In this document: positions 28,371-39,247 of the stretch, one piece after another
How positions within the stretch are numbered: position 1 is the first letter of the stretch
Layout of the letters: the number at the start of each line of letters is the position of its first letter
Source of the DNA: Acidobacteriota bacterium
Lineage (GTDB): Bacteria > Acidobacteriota > Blastocatellia > Pyrinomonadales > Pyrinomonadaceae
DNA: 64,000 bases
NCBI GenBank assembly: GCA_019239425.1
Contig: JAFAZX010000093.1
Span: 2,932-66,931 of the forward strand
Reading direction: 5' to 3'
Position numbers and translations under genes: made by a program
The notes under the pieces: model-generated
The model's input: the letters and a program-made list of their open reading frames with translations, nothing else
Told to the model about the DNA's origin: nothing
Databases searched by the model: none

Positions 28371-29972
28371 TTAAATCGTGCCGCGCTTCTCTCGATTGGA
28401 ATAGCCGGGACGAACCTTCTCGGAGACGACCTTCGCCTGCATGAAGAGGCCGAGGTAGTCGCGCCCGCCGGCCTTCGAGTCTGTGCCGGACATGTTGAAG
28501 CCGCCGAACGGGTGGACGCCGACGAGCGCGCCCGTGCACTTGCGGTTCAGGTAGAGGTTGCCGACGTGGAACTCGCGCGCGGCGCGCTGGAGCTTCTCGG
28601 GGTCGTTCGTGTAGACGGCCCCGGTCAGGCCGAACTCCGTGTCGTTGGCGATCTGCAAAGCCTCTTCGAAGGACGAAGCCTTGATGCAGGCGAGGACGGG
28701 GCCGAAGATCTCTTCCTGCTCGACGCGGTCGCCCGGCTTCACGTCGGCGATGACGGTCGGCTCGATGAAGAAGCCCTGCTCGCCGTCGCTGCCGCCGCCC
28801 GCGACGAGGCGGCCGCCGTCCTCCTGCCCCCACTCGACGTACTGCGTGATGGTCTTGAAGGCCTTCTGGTTGATGACGGCGCTCATGCTCGTCGAAGGGT
28901 CGGTCGGGTCTCCGACCTTGAGCTGCGCCGTGCGCTCGATGACGCGTTGCAGCACCGGCTCGTACGCGTCGCCGACGATGATGGCGCGCGAGCAGGCCGA
29001 GCACTTCTGCCCCTGGAAGCCGAAGGCCGAAGCGACGACACCCGCCGCGGCCTCGTCGTAGTCGACCTCGGAGTCGACGACGATGGCGTCCTTGCCGCCC
29101 ATCTCGGCCACGACGCGCTTGAGCCAGGCTTGCCCCTTCTGGACTTTGGCCGCGCGCTCGTAGACGCGAATCCCGACCTCCTTCGAGCCGGTGAAGGCGA
29201 CGTAGCGCGTGAGCGGGTGGTCGACCACCGTGTCGCCGACCTCGCCGCCCGCGCCGACCATGAAGTTGACGACGCCCGCGGGCATGCCGGCCTCTTCCAG
29301 TAGCTCGAAGAACTTGTAGGCGATGGTCGGCGCGTCGGACGAAGGCTTCAGGACGACGGTGTTGCCCGTGACGACCGAGGCGACGGTCATGCCGGCCATG
29401 ATGGCTAGGGGAAAGTTCCAGGGCGGGATGACGACGCCGACGCCGAGCGGGATGTAGGTGAGGCGGTTGTCCTCGCCCTCGAGGTGCGTGAGCGGCTGGA
29501 CGTCGGCGTAGCGCAGCATCTCGCGCGCGTAGAACTCGCAGAAGTCGATGGCCTCGGCGGTGTCGCCGTCGGCCTCGGGCCAGGTCTTGGCGACCTCGTG
29601 CACCATCCACGCGGAGAAGTAGTGCTTGCGCTCGCGCAGCAGGGAGGCCACGCGGAAGAGGAGGTCTGCGCGCTGGTGCGGGAGCGTCCTGCTCCAGGTC
29701 TTGAAGACCTCGTTCGCGGTCTCGACCGCCCGCGTCGCCAGCTCCTTCGTCGCCTTGTGGAAGCGGCCGACCGTCTCGGTCTTGCGCGCGGGGTTGAGGC
29801 TCTCAAGGATGTCGCCGGTCTCTACTCTTTCGCCGCCGATGACGAGCGGGTACTCGCGCCCCAGCTCGGACTGAACCTTCGCCAGCGCCTCGCGCATCGC
29901 CCGCGCGTTCTCCTCCTGCGAGAAGTCGGTGAAAGGCTCGTTGCGGAACTCGTCTTGCTTCATCTGCTGCAT
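28371..29972 (-). CDS. pruA: L-glutamate gamma-semialdehyde (1-pyrroline-5-carboxylate) dehydrogenase
   Basis: FRNEPFTDFS N-terminus typical of PruA/RocA. Aldehyde dehydrogenase motifs EMGGKDA and FGFQGQKCSACSR. Confidence 0.85.
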   Translation of the reverse strand: MQQMKQDEFRNEPFTDFSQEENARAMREALAKVQSELGREYPLVIGGERVETGDILESLNPARKTETVGRFHKATKELATRAVETANEVFKTWSRTLPHQRADLLFRVASLLRERKHYFSAWMVHEVAKTWPEADGDTAEAIDFCEFYAREMLRYADVQPLTHLEGEDNRLTYIPLGVGVVIPPWNFPLAIMAGMTVASVVTGNTVVLKPSSDAPTIAYKFFELLEEAGMPAGVVNFMVGAGGEVGDTVVDHPLTRYVAFTGSKEVGIRVYERAAKVQKGQAWLKRVVAEMGGKDAIVVDSEVDYDEAAAGVVASAFGFQGQKCSACSRAIIVGDAYEPVLQRVIERTAQLKVGDPTDPSTSMSAVINQKAFKTITQYVEWGQEDGGRLVAGGGSDGEQGFFIEPTVIADVKPGDRVEQEEIFGPVLACIKASSFEEALQIANDTEFGLTGAVYTNDPEKLQRAAREFHVGNLYLNRKCTGALVGVHPFGGFNMSGTDSKAGGRDYLGLFMQAKVVSEKVRPGYSNREKRGTI

Positions 29973-30044
29973 ACTCTTCTCCTCGTCGGGGACAATGATT
30001 GCCGTGTGTTATGTGAAAGTTTCGTCCATGCTAACACAAAACGA

Positions 30045-30169
30045 GCGGAAGCCCGACCGTGAGGGAGGGCGTACGTCTGACGAAGAAAAGAGGGATGATG
30101 AAAGACCTCGTGTCTCACATCACCCCTCTTACGTTTGACCGACGCCCTCCCTCACGGTCGGGCTTCCGC
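30045..30169. repeat. 125-nt long hairpin (28-bp perfect outer stem plus imperfect inner pairing)
   Basis: gcggaagcccgaccgtgagggagggcgt (30045-30072), with its exact reverse complement at 30142-30169. It abuts the def stop codon. Confidence 0.9.
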
Positions 30170-30685
30170 CTAAATCCACTTGCCCTGCTTCTGAAGGCGT
30201 TTAATCTTGCGCTTGACCAGTTCGCGCTTGAGCGGCGTGGTGCGGTCGATGAAGACGATGCCGTCGCAGTGATCCGTCTCGTGGAGCATGCAGCGCGCTT
30301 CCAGGTCGAGGCCGTCGAACTCGAACTCCTCGCCGGTTACGTCCTGCGCGCGGACGACGGCGCGCAGGGAGCGCTTGACCTGAAAGAAGATGCCGGGGAA
30401 CGACAGGCAGCCCTCGTCGCCCGCCTGCTCGCCCTCGACGCTCAGCACGACGGGGTTGACGAGCGCGACGCGCGCCTCGGGGTCGCGCCCGCCCGAGCAG
30501 TCCATCACGAACAGGCGCTTCGACACGCCGATCTGCGGCGCGGCTAATCCGACGCCCCGCGCCGAGTACATCGTCTCGAACATGTCCGAGACGAGCCGTT
30601 TCAGCTTCTCGTCGAACTCCGTCACGGGCTCGCCCGGCGTCTCCAACACCGGCTCGCCGAACTTCACAATGTCCAGAAGTGCCAT
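30170..30685 (-). CDS. def: Peptide deformylase
   Basis: Start moved to ATG 30685. Motifs GVGLAAPQIG, EGCLSFPG and HETDHCDG. Confidence 0.95.
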   Translation of the reverse strand: MALLDIVKFGEPVLETPGEPVTEFDEKLKRLVSDMFETMYSARGVGLAAPQIGVSKRLFVMDCSGGRDPEARVALVNPVVLSVEGEQAGDEGCLSFPGIFFQVKRSLRAVVRAQDVTGEEFEFDGLDLEARCMLHETDHCDGIVFIDRTTPLKRELVKRKIKRLQKQGKWI

Positions 30686-30792
30686 CTCTAAAACTTGGTT
30701 GAGTCTGTCCTGATAAAAAGTGGCGCGGGAGCGACTGAGCGCCCGCGCCACCGGATTTTACTACAAAGCCGCGCGCCCGCGCACGAGCGCGT

Positions 30793-31362
30793 CTACTTCT
30801 TGTCGAAGACGAGCGTCGAGTTCTGCGTCCCGCGCGGCGACTCGCTCGTGCGCTTGACGGTGAGCGTCTTGCCGTCGGCCGAGAGCGACCAGTCTTCGGT
30901 CGTCGTCGCCGTCACGTCGTTGCCCTGGAAGTTGAATTTGCTGACACGCTTCAGCTCGAGCGTCTTGCCGCCGTCCTTCCACGCGGCCTTCAACGTCGAG
31001 GTGCCGCCGCGCCCGCCCGTCGCCTCGGCCGTCGTCTCCGTCCCGTCGAGCTTGTAGGTCGAGCTCGGCGGGAAGCCGCCCATGCCGCGCCCGCGTCCGC
31101 CGCCCATGCCGCCGCCACCCGCGGCGTTCGCGTCCGCGGACATTTTCATCTCGGACGCGACCGTGAGCTGCTGCGCGTCCTGCGTGACGGTCAGCGTCAG
31201 GCTTTCGAGGTTCGACCACTGCGGCGGGAGGTCTGCGCTCTTCGACTTGTCGAGCGCCCAGGTGCCCGCGAAATTCGCCTGCGCCGCGGGGGCCGCCAGA
31301 ACGTTAACCAGAAGGGCGCAGGCCAGCGCGCCCCCGGCGAAAAACTTACGCATCGTCTTCAT
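30793..31362 (-). CDS. Secreted hypothetical protein (possibly lipocalin-like beta-barrel)
   Basis: Signal peptide, then NFAGTWALDKSKS, reminiscent of lipocalin/FABP-type N-termini. Gly-rich insert. Confidence 0.5.
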   Translation of the reverse strand: MKTMRKFFAGGALACALLVNVLAAPAAQANFAGTWALDKSKSADLPPQWSNLESLTLTVTQDAQQLTVASEMKMSADANAAGGGGMGGGRGRGMGGFPPSSTYKLDGTETTAEATGGRGGTSTLKAAWKDGGKTLELKRVSKFNFQGNDVTATTTEDWSLSADGKTLTVKRTSESPRGTQNSTLVFDKK

Positions 31363-31479
31363 CTCCTTGGGTTGTTACAGAAATTAGGGAGCGACCCGGG
31401 CGCGGCCGCCGAGGAAACAATCGTCCCGACAACCCTTAAAGACGAATCCGCCAAGCAGGCGGTTACAACTACCTGACTC

Positions 31480-32271
31480 TCAGCCCCTGCGCTTCCCGAA
31501 CTGCGGCGGGCGCTTCTGCATGAAGGCGGTGACGCCTTCGAGGAAGTCGGGCGAGCGGAAGCATTCGGCCTGGCCCTCGGCCTCGAAGTCGAGGGCGGCG
31601 GCCAGCGCTTGCCGTTCGGAGAGGTTGAGCGCGGCCTTGATGCGCGCGAGCGAGGGCTGGGGCGCGGCGGCGAGGCGCGCGGCCAGTCCGTCACAGAGCG
31701 TGTCAAGCTCGGAGTGCGGGACGACGCGGGAGACGAGCCCGAGTTGTTGGGCGTCGTGCGCCGTGAGCGTGTCGCCGGTCGCCATCAGCTCGAAGGCTTT
31801 GGCGCGGCCGACGAGCGCGGGCAGCAGTTGCGTGGCGCCGCCGTCGGGCATCAGGCCGACGCGGACAAAGCTCTGGCTGAAGGTCGCCTCGTCGGAGGCG
31901 ATGACCACGTCCGAAGCGAGCACGTAGCTGAAGCCGATGCCGGCCGCCGGGCCGTGCACGCGCGCGACGACCGGCTTCGGAAGGTTGCGCAGGCCGACGA
32001 TGGGCGGGTTGATCAGCTCGCGTATCCTCTTGGCGATGTCCATCGAGGCCAGCTCCCGCGGGTCGACGGACTTCATGTCGAGGCCGGCGCAGAAGAAGTC
32101 GCCCGCGCCGGTGACGACGACCACGCGGCTCTCGTCCGTCGCGGCCTCTTCGACCGCGGCGGCGAACGCCTCGAACATCTCGAAGTCCACGGCGTTGCGC
32201 CGCGCGGGGTTGTTGAAGGTGATGCGCTTGACGCCCGCGTCGAGCGTGACCTGAAGCTTCTCGTTGCTCAT
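31480..32271 (-). CDS. Enoyl-CoA hydratase/isomerase (crotonase) family protein
   Basis: RITFNNPARRNAV...VVVTGAGDFFCAGLDM...ARVHGPAAGIGF. Confidence 0.85.
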   Translation of the reverse strand: MSNEKLQVTLDAGVKRITFNNPARRNAVDFEMFEAFAAAVEEAATDESRVVVVTGAGDFFCAGLDMKSVDPRELASMDIAKRIRELINPPIVGLRNLPKPVVARVHGPAAGIGFSYVLASDVVIASDEATFSQSFVRVGLMPDGGATQLLPALVGRAKAFELMATGDTLTAHDAQQLGLVSRVVPHSELDTLCDGLAARLAAAPQPSLARIKAALNLSERQALAAALDFEAEGQAECFRSPDFLEGVTAFMQKRPPQFGKRRG

Positions 32272-32774
32272 ATGGTGCTCGCGGTGTCCGCGTCCACGGT
32301 CAAGGCCCCCAGCCCGAGCGCCCTCCTGACGAGTGCGATCTGGCCGGCGTGATAGAGCGTGTGCTGAATCGCGCCGTGGAGCGAGACGTAGACGGTTGAC
32401 ATGTTCGGGAGGATTTGTTCGTCGAGCCGCGCGTCTTCGAGCGCGAGCACGGCCTCGCGCAGGGCGTGGTAAGTCTCCGACAGCTTCCGGCGCGTCGCGG
32501 CCCAGGCCTCTTCGGAAAGGTCAGAGGATGAAGACCAGTCCTCCTCCGTCTGGTAAATCTGCGCGGCGTCGCCGCCGAGGCGGCGGAGGATGGCGCGCTC
32601 CCAGGCTTCGACGTGCGCGACCAGCTCCCGGATGCTGTGCGCGCCCTCGACTGTTCGCGCCGCGGCCTGCTCGGCCGTGACGCCCTTAAGCAGCTCGTCA
32701 ATCGCGGGGCCGTGCCACGCGCCGCCTTCGTGCGCGCGCTTCAGTTGATCCGCGATCCGTTCGGCCTCTCTCAT
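32268..32774 (-). CDS. DinB-family (four-helix metal-dependent) protein
   Basis: Start moved to ATG 32774. GGAWHGP...SIRELVAHV...HTLYHAGQI is DinB/YfiT-like. It overlaps the downstream crotonase start by 4 nt. Confidence 0.7.
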   Translation of the reverse strand: MREAERIADQLKRAHEGGAWHGPAIDELLKGVTAEQAAARTVEGAHSIRELVAHVEAWERAILRRLGGDAAQIYQTEEDWSSSSDLSEEAWAATRRKLSETYHALREAVLALEDARLDEQILPNMSTVYVSLHGAIQHTLYHAGQIALVRRALGLGALTVDADTASTI

Positions 32775-32779
32775 ATCTT

Positions 32780-33403
32780 TTACCGGTTGCGCCGCCCGAA
32801 GAGCTGCGGCGCGGCGAAGACTGTGTAGCGGATGGGGTCGTGCGGCCGCCGCCGCCACCAGACGGCGACCGAGCGGCGGACGACGACCTCTAACAGCGCG
32901 TCCTTGTCCTTGCGCGCGATGCCGCGCACGAGGCGGCTGATGTCGTGCCGGAAAGTCTGGACGACGAGGCGGCGGTTCGGGTCGGCCGCCTTCACGCGCG
33001 CCTTCTCGAAGCGCAGGAGGTCGAGCGTCCAGCCCGAGCCGAGGTAGTCGTCCTTGAGCTTCGCTTCGAGGTACTCGGCGAAGCGGAGCACGTCGCCGAA
33101 GAGGCGCTCGACGGCGGGCGGCCCGTGCTCTGCGACGTAGAGGTCGAAGTATCTGGTGAAGCGCTCGCGCAGCACGCGGTGCGTGAGCGGGAGCAGCTTG
33201 TTGACCTGCACGAAGCGGCGCTCGCGCGGCGTGCTGGCGAACGAGTCGAAGCGCTCGGCGGCCTGGCGCCGGAGCTGCCTGGCCCTCGTCGGCGACAGCC
33301 CCAGCTCGCGCGCCAGCGCGAAAGGGTTCTCGACGAACCGCGCACGCAGCTCATCGTCCGCCGAGAGCCGCGTCAGTATCTGCTCGATGTCGGAGAGACT
33401 CAT
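32780..33403 (-). CDS. Hypothetical protein
   Basis: 207-aa ORF with high GC3, tightly packed with the DinB gene (5-nt gap). I do not recognise a family with confidence. Confidence 0.5.
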   Translation of the reverse strand: MSLSDIEQILTRLSADDELRARFVENPFALARELGLSPTRARQLRRQAAERFDSFASTPRERRFVQVNKLLPLTHRVLRERFTRYFDLYVAEHGPPAVERLFGDVLRFAEYLEAKLKDDYLGSGWTLDLLRFEKARVKAADPNRRLVVQTFRHDISRLVRGIARKDKDALLEVVVRRSVAVWWRRRPHDPIRYTVFAAPQLFGRRNR

Positions 33404-33410
33404 GAGTAAT

Positions 33411-33493
33411 CAGTAGGCAGTAGGCAGACGGCAGTAGGCAGTTCAGGCAAGTGTCTTTCAACTGCCTGCTACCATCTGCCCACTGCCTACTAA
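33411..33493. repeat. Heptamer-periodic hairpin element, GTAGGCA family
   Basis: cagtaggcagtaggcagacggcagtaggcagtt / aactgcctgctaccatctgcccactgcctacta. The aroC stop TAG (33490-33492) lies inside the right arm. Confidence 0.85.
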
Positions 33494-34668
33494 TACCCCC
33501 GTATCTGCTCGCGGTACGACTCAAAATTCCGCCGCATCTCTTCGACGCTGTCGCCGCCGAACTTCTCGCGTGCGGCCTCGGCCAGGGCGAGCGCGACCAT
33601 CGCCTCGCCGATGACGCCGGCCGCGGGGACGGCGGTCACGTCGGAGCGCTCGAAGGCGGCCGCCTCTTCGGCCTTCGTCTCGATGTCCACGGAGCGCAGC
33701 GCGCGGCGCAGCGTCGAGATGGGTTTGAGGAAGCCGCGCACGCGCAGCTCCTCGCCGTTGGTGATGCCGCCTTCGAGGCCGCCCGCGCGGTTCGTCGGCC
33801 GCGTGAAGACGCGCCCCTCGGCGTCGTAGCCGATCTCGTCGTGCACCCGCGAGCCGGGCAGCGAAGCGGCCTCGACGCCCGCGCCGATGGAGACGGCCTT
33901 GACCGCGTGGATGGACATGACCGCGCGCGCGAGCCGTCCGTCGAGCTTCGCCTCCCAGGAGGTGTGAGAGCCGAGGCCGGCGACGACGCCGCGCACGACG
34001 ACCTCGAAGACGCCGCCGAGCGTGTCGCCCTCGCGCCGCTTCTCGTCGACGAGCGCGACCATCCGGCCTTGCGCCTCCTCGTCGGCGCAGCGCAGCGGCG
34101 CGTCGTCGGGGATGCGGCCGATTGTTTCCCAGTCAACTTCGAGCGGCGAAGCGGGGATGCCGCCGAGCTGGACGACGTGGCTGCGAATCTCGACGCCGAT
34201 GACCGAGAGCAGTTGTCTCGCCAGCGCGCCGCAGGCGACGCGCGCGGCCGTCTCGCGGGCCGAGGCGCGTTCGAGGATGTCGCGCAGGTCGCGCGCGTCG
34301 TACTTGAGTCCGCCCGCGAGGTCTGCGTGGCCGGGGCGCGGGCGCTTGACGCGCCGCATCTTCTCTTCCGGCGCTTCGGCCGGCTCGACGGGCTCGGACG
34401 ACATGACGGCCGTCCAGTTCTTCCAGTCCTTGTTCTCGATCTGCAGCGCGACGGGCGAGCCGAGCGTGCGGCCGTGGCGCACGCCGCTCAGGAACTCGAC
34501 GCGGTCACGCTCGATCTTCATCCGCCCGCCGCGGCCGTAGCCCCACTGCCGACGCTCCAGCTCGCGGTTGACGACCTCCGTATCGACTTCCAACCCCGCG
34601 GGCAGACCCTCGACTATCGCGACCAGAGCGCGCCCGTGCGACTCCCCTGCCGTGGTGAAGCGGAACAT
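33490..34668 (-). CDS. aroC: Chorismate synthase
   Basis: Start moved to ATG 34668 ([12 protein letters not shown]...). Also RPGHADL and GRSSARETA-like [12 protein letters not shown]. Confidence 0.95.
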   Translation of the reverse strand: MFRFTTAGESHGRALVAIVEGLPAGLEVDTEVVNRELERRQWGYGRGGRMKIERDRVEFLSGVRHGRTLGSPVALQIENKDWKNWTAVMSSEPVEPAEAPEEKMRRVKRPRPGHADLAGGLKYDARDLRDILERASARETAARVACGALARQLLSVIGVEIRSHVVQLGGIPASPLEVDWETIGRIPDDAPLRCADEEAQGRMVALVDEKRREGDTLGGVFEVVVRGVVAGLGSHTSWEAKLDGRLARAVMSIHAVKAVSIGAGVEAASLPGSRVHDEIGYDAEGRVFTRPTNRAGGLEGGITNGEELRVRGFLKPISTLRRALRSVDIETKAEEAAAFERSDVTAVPAAGVIGEAMVALALAEAAREKFGGDSVEEMRRNFESYREQIRGY

Positions 34669-34676
34669 CTGTGACC

Positions 34677-35102
34677 TCAAGCGTCGAGAAAGCGCGAGCG
34701 CACCTCGGGCGGCGGCAGCATACAACTGTCGTACTTGCCGAAGAACTTATAGCGGTTGCGCGCGAACAGGTCGTACAGGTAGTCGCGCAAGTGCCGCGGC
34801 AGAACCTTCGCCGCGAGGAAGAGTCTCCAGAAGCCGCCGAGGTAAGACGCGACCCTGAGCGCCGCGTCGGAGCGGACGTGGACGCGCTCGCCGCCCGGCG
34901 TCTGCTCGACGAAGACGACCGAGTCCACGCCTCGCAGCTCCGGATGCTTTTCGATGACGGCCTGACCGTAGTCGCTCTGGAGCGCGGCGAAGCGCATATA
35001 GCCCTTCCGGTCGTGGTCGAGTATCAACTGCACCGACTTGTTGCAGAAGCCGCACACGCCGTCGTAGAGCAGGACGGGCGCGCCGACGGATGTTTCTACC
35101 AT
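34677..35102 (-). CDS. DCC-family thiol-disulfide oxidoreductase (DUF393)
   Basis: [21 protein letters not shown] is the DCC motif. Confidence 0.8.
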   Translation of the reverse strand: MVETSVGAPVLLYDGVCGFCNKSVQLILDHDRKGYMRFAALQSDYGQAVIEKHPELRGVDSVVFVEQTPGGERVHVRSDAALRVASYLGGFWRLFLAAKVLPRHLRDYLYDLFARNRYKFFGKYDSCMLPPPEVRSRFLDA

Positions 35103-35136
35103 GAGTTTGACCGTCAGCAGAAGTGGGGACTAACTT

Positions 35137-36651
35137 TCAGTTCCCGCCGGGGGCCGGCAGGAACTCTTCGGGGAAGACGTTGCCGCGGCCGAGGACGCAG
35201 GCCGGGTCGAAGGCGCGCTTCAGTTCTGCCATCTCGCGCAGGTGCCGTTCGCCGTAGAGCGCGCGCAGGTACTCGCGCTTGATCTTGCCGACGCCGTGCT
35301 CGGCCGAGACGGTACCGCCCAGACGGACGGCGCGCTCCACGAAGCGGCCGTAGGTCTCGCGCGCCGCGACGGCTTCGGCGGCGTCGCGCGGGAGGATGTT
35401 GACGTGGACGTGGTTGTCGCCGATGTGCCCGAAGATGACGTAAGCGAGACGGCCCGCGCGCAGAGTCTCCTTGTAGAAGCGGAGCATCTCGGGGAACTTG
35501 TCGTCGGGCACGGCCATGTCGGTCGAGACCTTGCGCTGGCCCTGGCGCGCGAGCCACTCGTTGACCATGACGGGGAGCGCGTGGCGGAAGGCGCGCATCT
35601 CCGCGCGGTCGGACTCGTTGGTGCCGAACCAGGACTCTTCGGCGAGCGCCTCGTGCTTCTCGACCAGCCCGAGCCACTCCCCCATCAAAGCCTCTTCGGT
35701 CTGGTCGGTCGTCTCCTGCTCGAAGAAGACGGCGCCGGCCGCGCCGGCGGGGACGAGCGGGTAGCGCTCGCGCAGGAATTTCAGAGCCTCGCCGTCGAAG
35801 TATTCGAGGGCGCGCGCGTCAATCCCCTCACCCTTCTCCGCGCGCGTTTCGAGCGAGCGCTCGCGCGCGTCGCGCACGAAGGCGAGCAGATGCTCTTCGG
35901 TTTTGAAGAAGACGACGCCCGCGAGGACGCCTTCGGGTTGTGGGAGTAAGGCAAGCTCTGCCTCCGTGACGACGCCGAGCGTGCCCTCGCTGCCGATGAA
36001 GAGGTCTATCAAGTCCATGTCCGGGTGCGCGAAGTAGCCGGCGGCGTGCTTGTGCGTTGCGGGCATCGTGTAGGTCGGCAGACGCGCCTCGATCTTTCGC
36101 CCGCCGCCGAGGGGGATTTCGACCGAGCCGTCCGCGCCCGCGAACATCTCGCCGCGACGAACCTCCAGAAGGTCGCCGGTCGTCAGAGCAACTTGAAGTG
36201 CGCGGACGTAGCGCCTGGTCGGGCCGTACCTGAAGGTGCGCGCGCCGGAGGCGTTGGTCGCGACCGTCCCGCCGATGAAGCAGCTCCACTCGGTCGGGTC
36301 GGGCGGGTAGAGCAACCCCCTCGCCTTCGCCTCGCGCTGGAAGTCACCGAGCACGACGCCCGCGCCCGCGGTCGCGAATCCCCGGCCGTCCTCTTCCCGC
36401 ACGAACTCGCCCACGCGGTTCAGCCGCTCGGTCGAGAGCACCGCGCCGCCGTAAGGCACGCGCCCGCCGACGATGCCTGTGCCCGCGCCCGCCACCGTCA
36501 CGGGCGTGCCTGCCCTCGACGCTTCTGCTAAAGCGCCCGCCACCTCCTCCGCGCTCTCGGGAAATAGCACGCGCTCGGCGCGCCCGCCCCCGGTGTTGCT
36601 CGCGTCGGTGAGGAAGGATTGAATCTCGTCCTGCTCTTCTTTAATCAGCAT
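35137..36651 (-). CDS. FAD-linked oxidase (GlcD / D-lactate dehydrogenase-like)
   Basis: FAD-binding PCMH-type N-terminus (VTVAGAGTGIVGG) and C-terminal SAEHGVGKIK. Confidence 0.8.
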   Translation of the reverse strand: MLIKEEQDEIQSFLTDASNTGGGRAERVLFPESAEEVAGALAEASRAGTPVTVAGAGTGIVGGRVPYGGAVLSTERLNRVGEFVREEDGRGFATAGAGVVLGDFQREAKARGLLYPPDPTEWSCFIGGTVATNASGARTFRYGPTRRYVRALQVALTTGDLLEVRRGEMFAGADGSVEIPLGGGRKIEARLPTYTMPATHKHAAGYFAHPDMDLIDLFIGSEGTLGVVTEAELALLPQPEGVLAGVVFFKTEEHLLAFVRDARERSLETRAEKGEGIDARALEYFDGEALKFLRERYPLVPAGAAGAVFFEQETTDQTEEALMGEWLGLVEKHEALAEESWFGTNESDRAEMRAFRHALPVMVNEWLARQGQRKVSTDMAVPDDKFPEMLRFYKETLRAGRLAYVIFGHIGDNHVHVNILPRDAAEAVAARETYGRFVERAVRLGGTVSAEHGVGKIKREYLRALYGERHLREMAELKRAFDPACVLGRGNVFPEEFLPAPGGN

Positions 36652-36669
36652 CTGTCGAAAGCGCCGTCG

Positions 36670-37200
36670 TCACTCCTCACTCTTCAAGCGCGGGTTAGAC
36701 ATCGCGTAAATCTCCGACTCCTCCTCTTCGCCGGGCTGCACTTCGTTGTGGCGGTAAACGAAGCCGAGCTTGAGCAGCACCCGGCGCGAGGCTTCGTTCT
36801 TCGGGTCGATGCTGGCGACGACCTCTCGGAAGCCGTAGCGCTCGAAGCCGTAGCGGAGCGCGGCGGGCGTGATCTCGCTCGCGTAACCTCTGCCCCAGCG
36901 GTCGCGGCGAAACATGTAGCCGAAGTCTATCTCGCCCGACCAGGGCAGCGGCGCGAAGCCGCAACTGCCGACGGCCTCGTCCGTCTCTTTCTCGACGACG
37001 GCCCAGCGGCTGAAGCCGCGCGTACGGTAGCTCTCGTTAAGCTTCCCGATCCACTCGCGCACGCGCTCAACGTCCCAGGTGCTGCCGTCGCCGACGTACC
37101 GCATCACCTCCGCGTCGCCCGCGAGCGCGTGCAGCGCCTCGGCGTCTTCGGGCGTCCACTCGCGCAGGGCGAGCCTTTCGGTCTCGACGAGGAAGGTCAT
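36670..37200 (-). CDS. GNAT-family N-acetyltransferase (RimJ/RimL-like)
   Basis: ETERLALREWTPEDAEAL...RWGRGYASE...ASRRVLLKLGF. Confidence 0.8.
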   Translation of the reverse strand: MTFLVETERLALREWTPEDAEALHALAGDAEVMRYVGDGSTWDVERVREWIGKLNESYRTRGFSRWAVVEKETDEAVGSCGFAPLPWSGEIDFGYMFRRDRWGRGYASEITPAALRYGFERYGFREVVASIDPKNEASRRVLLKLGFVYRHNEVQPGEEEESEIYAMSNPRLKSEE

Positions 37201-37204
37201 GAAG

Positions 37205-37256
37205 GGTTTTGGGTTTTGGGTGCTGGGTTTTAGGGTCTACCAGCACCCAAACCCCT
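37205..37256. repeat. Short heptamer-periodic hairpin element, GGGTGCT/GGTTTTG family
   Basis: ggttttgggttttgggtgctgg / ccagcacccaaacccc. It fills the uvrB-GNAT spacer. Confidence 0.75.
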
Positions 37257-37258
37257 CC

Positions 37259-39247
37259 TCACGTCATCGTCAGCTCGCGCTCGCGGAGGTACTTGACGCG
37301 GTCGCGGAGTTCGGCGGCGCGCTCGAACTCCATGGCCTTGGCGGCGATGCGCATCTCGGCTTCGAGGCGGGCGATGGTGGCCTCGATGTTGGCGGCCGTG
37401 TAGTCGTCCATCGCGTCGAGGTCGAGCGGCACCTTGAAGTAGTCGGCCTCGTAGGCGGTGACGAGCGTGGCCTCGACCGGCTTGATGATGGTCTGCGGCG
37501 TGATGCCGTGCTCTTCGTTGTACTCCTCCTGAATCCGTCGGCGGCGCTCGGTCTCGCCGACGGCCCGCTTCATCGAGTCGGTCATGTTGTCGGCGTAGAG
37601 GATGGCCGTGCCGTTCGCGTTGCGCGCCGCGCGGCCGATGGTCTGGATGAGCGAAGACTCGGAGCGGAGGAAGCCCTCCTTGTCGGCGTCGAGGATGGCG
37701 ACGAGCGAGACTTCCGGCAAGTCCAAGCCTTCTCTTAGAAGGTTGATGCCGACGAGCACGTCGAACTCGCCGCGGCGCAGGTCGCGCAGGATGCGTATGC
37801 GCTCAAGCGTCTCGATGTCGGAGTGCAGGTAGCGGACGCGGACGCCGACCTCCGCGAAGTACTCCGTCAAGTCCTCGGCCATCTTCTTCGTCAGCGTCGT
37901 GACGAGGACGCGCTCGTTCTGTTCGGCGCGGGTGCGGCACTCGCCGAGCAGGTCGTCGATCTGCCCCTTGACGGGGCGAATCTCGACCACCGGGTCGGTC
38001 AAGCCCGTCGGGCGGATGATCTGTTCGACGACCTCGCCGCCCGTCTTCGTCAGCTCGTACGGGCCGGGCGTGGCCGAGACGTAGATGGTCTGGCCGACGC
38101 GCGACTCGAACTCCGCGAAGTTGAGCGGGCGGTTGTCCATCGCGCTGGGCAGGCGGAAGCCGTACTCGACGAGCGTGCGCTTGCGCGACTGGTCGCCGTT
38201 GAACATGCCGCGGATCTGCGGGACGGTCTGGTGCGACTCGTCGATGACGACGATGGTGTCCGGCGGCAGGTAGTCGAGCAGCGTCGGCGGCGGCGAGCCC
38301 GGCGGCTTGCCCGTCAGGTGGCGCGAGTAGTTCTCGACGCCGCGGCAGAAGCCCATCTCCTTGAACATCTCGAGGTCGTACATCGTCCGCTGGTGCAGGC
38401 GCTGCGCCTCGACGAGCTTCCCTTCCTTAATCAACTGCGGCTCCCACCAGTCGAGCTCTTCGCGGATGGTCTTGATCGCGCGCTTGACGGTGGACTTCGG
38501 CATCACGTAATGCGTCTTCGGGTAGATGGGAAGTCTGGAAGTGTGCTTCTCAAGCACTTCGCCCAAAAGCGGGTCGATGGTCGAGATGGAATCGACCTCG
38601 TCGCCCCACAGCTCGATGCGATACGCCTGGTCTTGGTAAGAGGGGTAGACCTCGACCGTGTCCCCCCGCACGCGGAAACTCCCGCGGCCGAACTCGACGT
38701 CGGAGCGCTCGTACTGAAGCTCGACGAGTCTTTGAAGAAGCTGCTCGCGCGTAAGCTTCATCCCCGGCTCGACGAAGAGGATCATGTTGTAATAAGCGTC
38801 CGGGTCGCCGAGGCCGTAGATGCACGACACGCTCGCAACGACGATTACGTCGCGCCGCTCAAACAGCGCGCGCGTGGCCGACAGGCGCAGGCGGTCGATC
38901 TCGTCGTTGATGGTCGCCTCCTTCTCGATGTACGTGTCCGAGGCCGGGACGTAGGCCTCCGGCTGGTAGTAGTCGTAGTAGGAGACGAAGTACTCGACGG
39001 AGTTCTCGGGGAAGAAGGACTTGAACTCCTGGTAGAGCTGCGCGGCGAGCGTCTTGTTGTGCGCGATGACGAGCGTCGGGCGCTGCGTGCGCTGAATCAC
39101 GCTGGCGACCGAGAAGGTCTTGCCAGACCCCGTGATGCCCAGAAGCACCTGGTCTTTCGCGCCCTCGTCCAGTCCCCGGACGAGCGAGTCGATGGCGGCG
39201 GGCTGGTCGCCCTGCGGCTTGAATTCGGAACGAAGCTTGAAGTTCAT
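37259..39247 (-). CDS. uvrB: Excinuclease ABC subunit B
   Basis: Start moved to ATG 39247 ([19 protein letters not shown]...). Walker [11 protein letters not shown]-terminal UVR domain [11 protein letters not shown]. Confidence 0.95.
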   Translation of the reverse strand: MNFKLRSEFKPQGDQPAAIDSLVRGLDEGAKDQVLLGITGSGKTFSVASVIQRTQRPTLVIAHNKTLAAQLYQEFKSFFPENSVEYFVSYYDYYQPEAYVPASDTYIEKEATINDEIDRLRLSATRALFERRDVIVVASVSCIYGLGDPDAYYNMILFVEPGMKLTREQLLQRLVELQYERSDVEFGRGSFRVRGDTVEVYPSYQDQAYRIELWGDEVDSISTIDPLLGEVLEKHTSRLPIYPKTHYVMPKSTVKRAIKTIREELDWWEPQLIKEGKLVEAQRLHQRTMYDLEMFKEMGFCRGVENYSRHLTGKPPGSPPPTLLDYLPPDTIVVIDESHQTVPQIRGMFNGDQSRKRTLVEYGFRLPSAMDNRPLNFAEFESRVGQTIYVSATPGPYELTKTGGEVVEQIIRPTGLTDPVVEIRPVKGQIDDLLGECRTRAEQNERVLVTTLTKKMAEDLTEYFAEVGVRVRYLHSDIETLERIRILRDLRRGEFDVLVGINLLREGLDLPEVSLVAILDADKEGFLRSESSLIQTIGRAARNANGTAILYADNMTDSMKRAVGETERRRRIQEEYNEEHGITPQTIIKPVEATLVTAYEADYFKVPLDLDAMDDYTAANIEATIARLEAEMRIAAKAMEFERAAELRDRVKYLRERELTMT

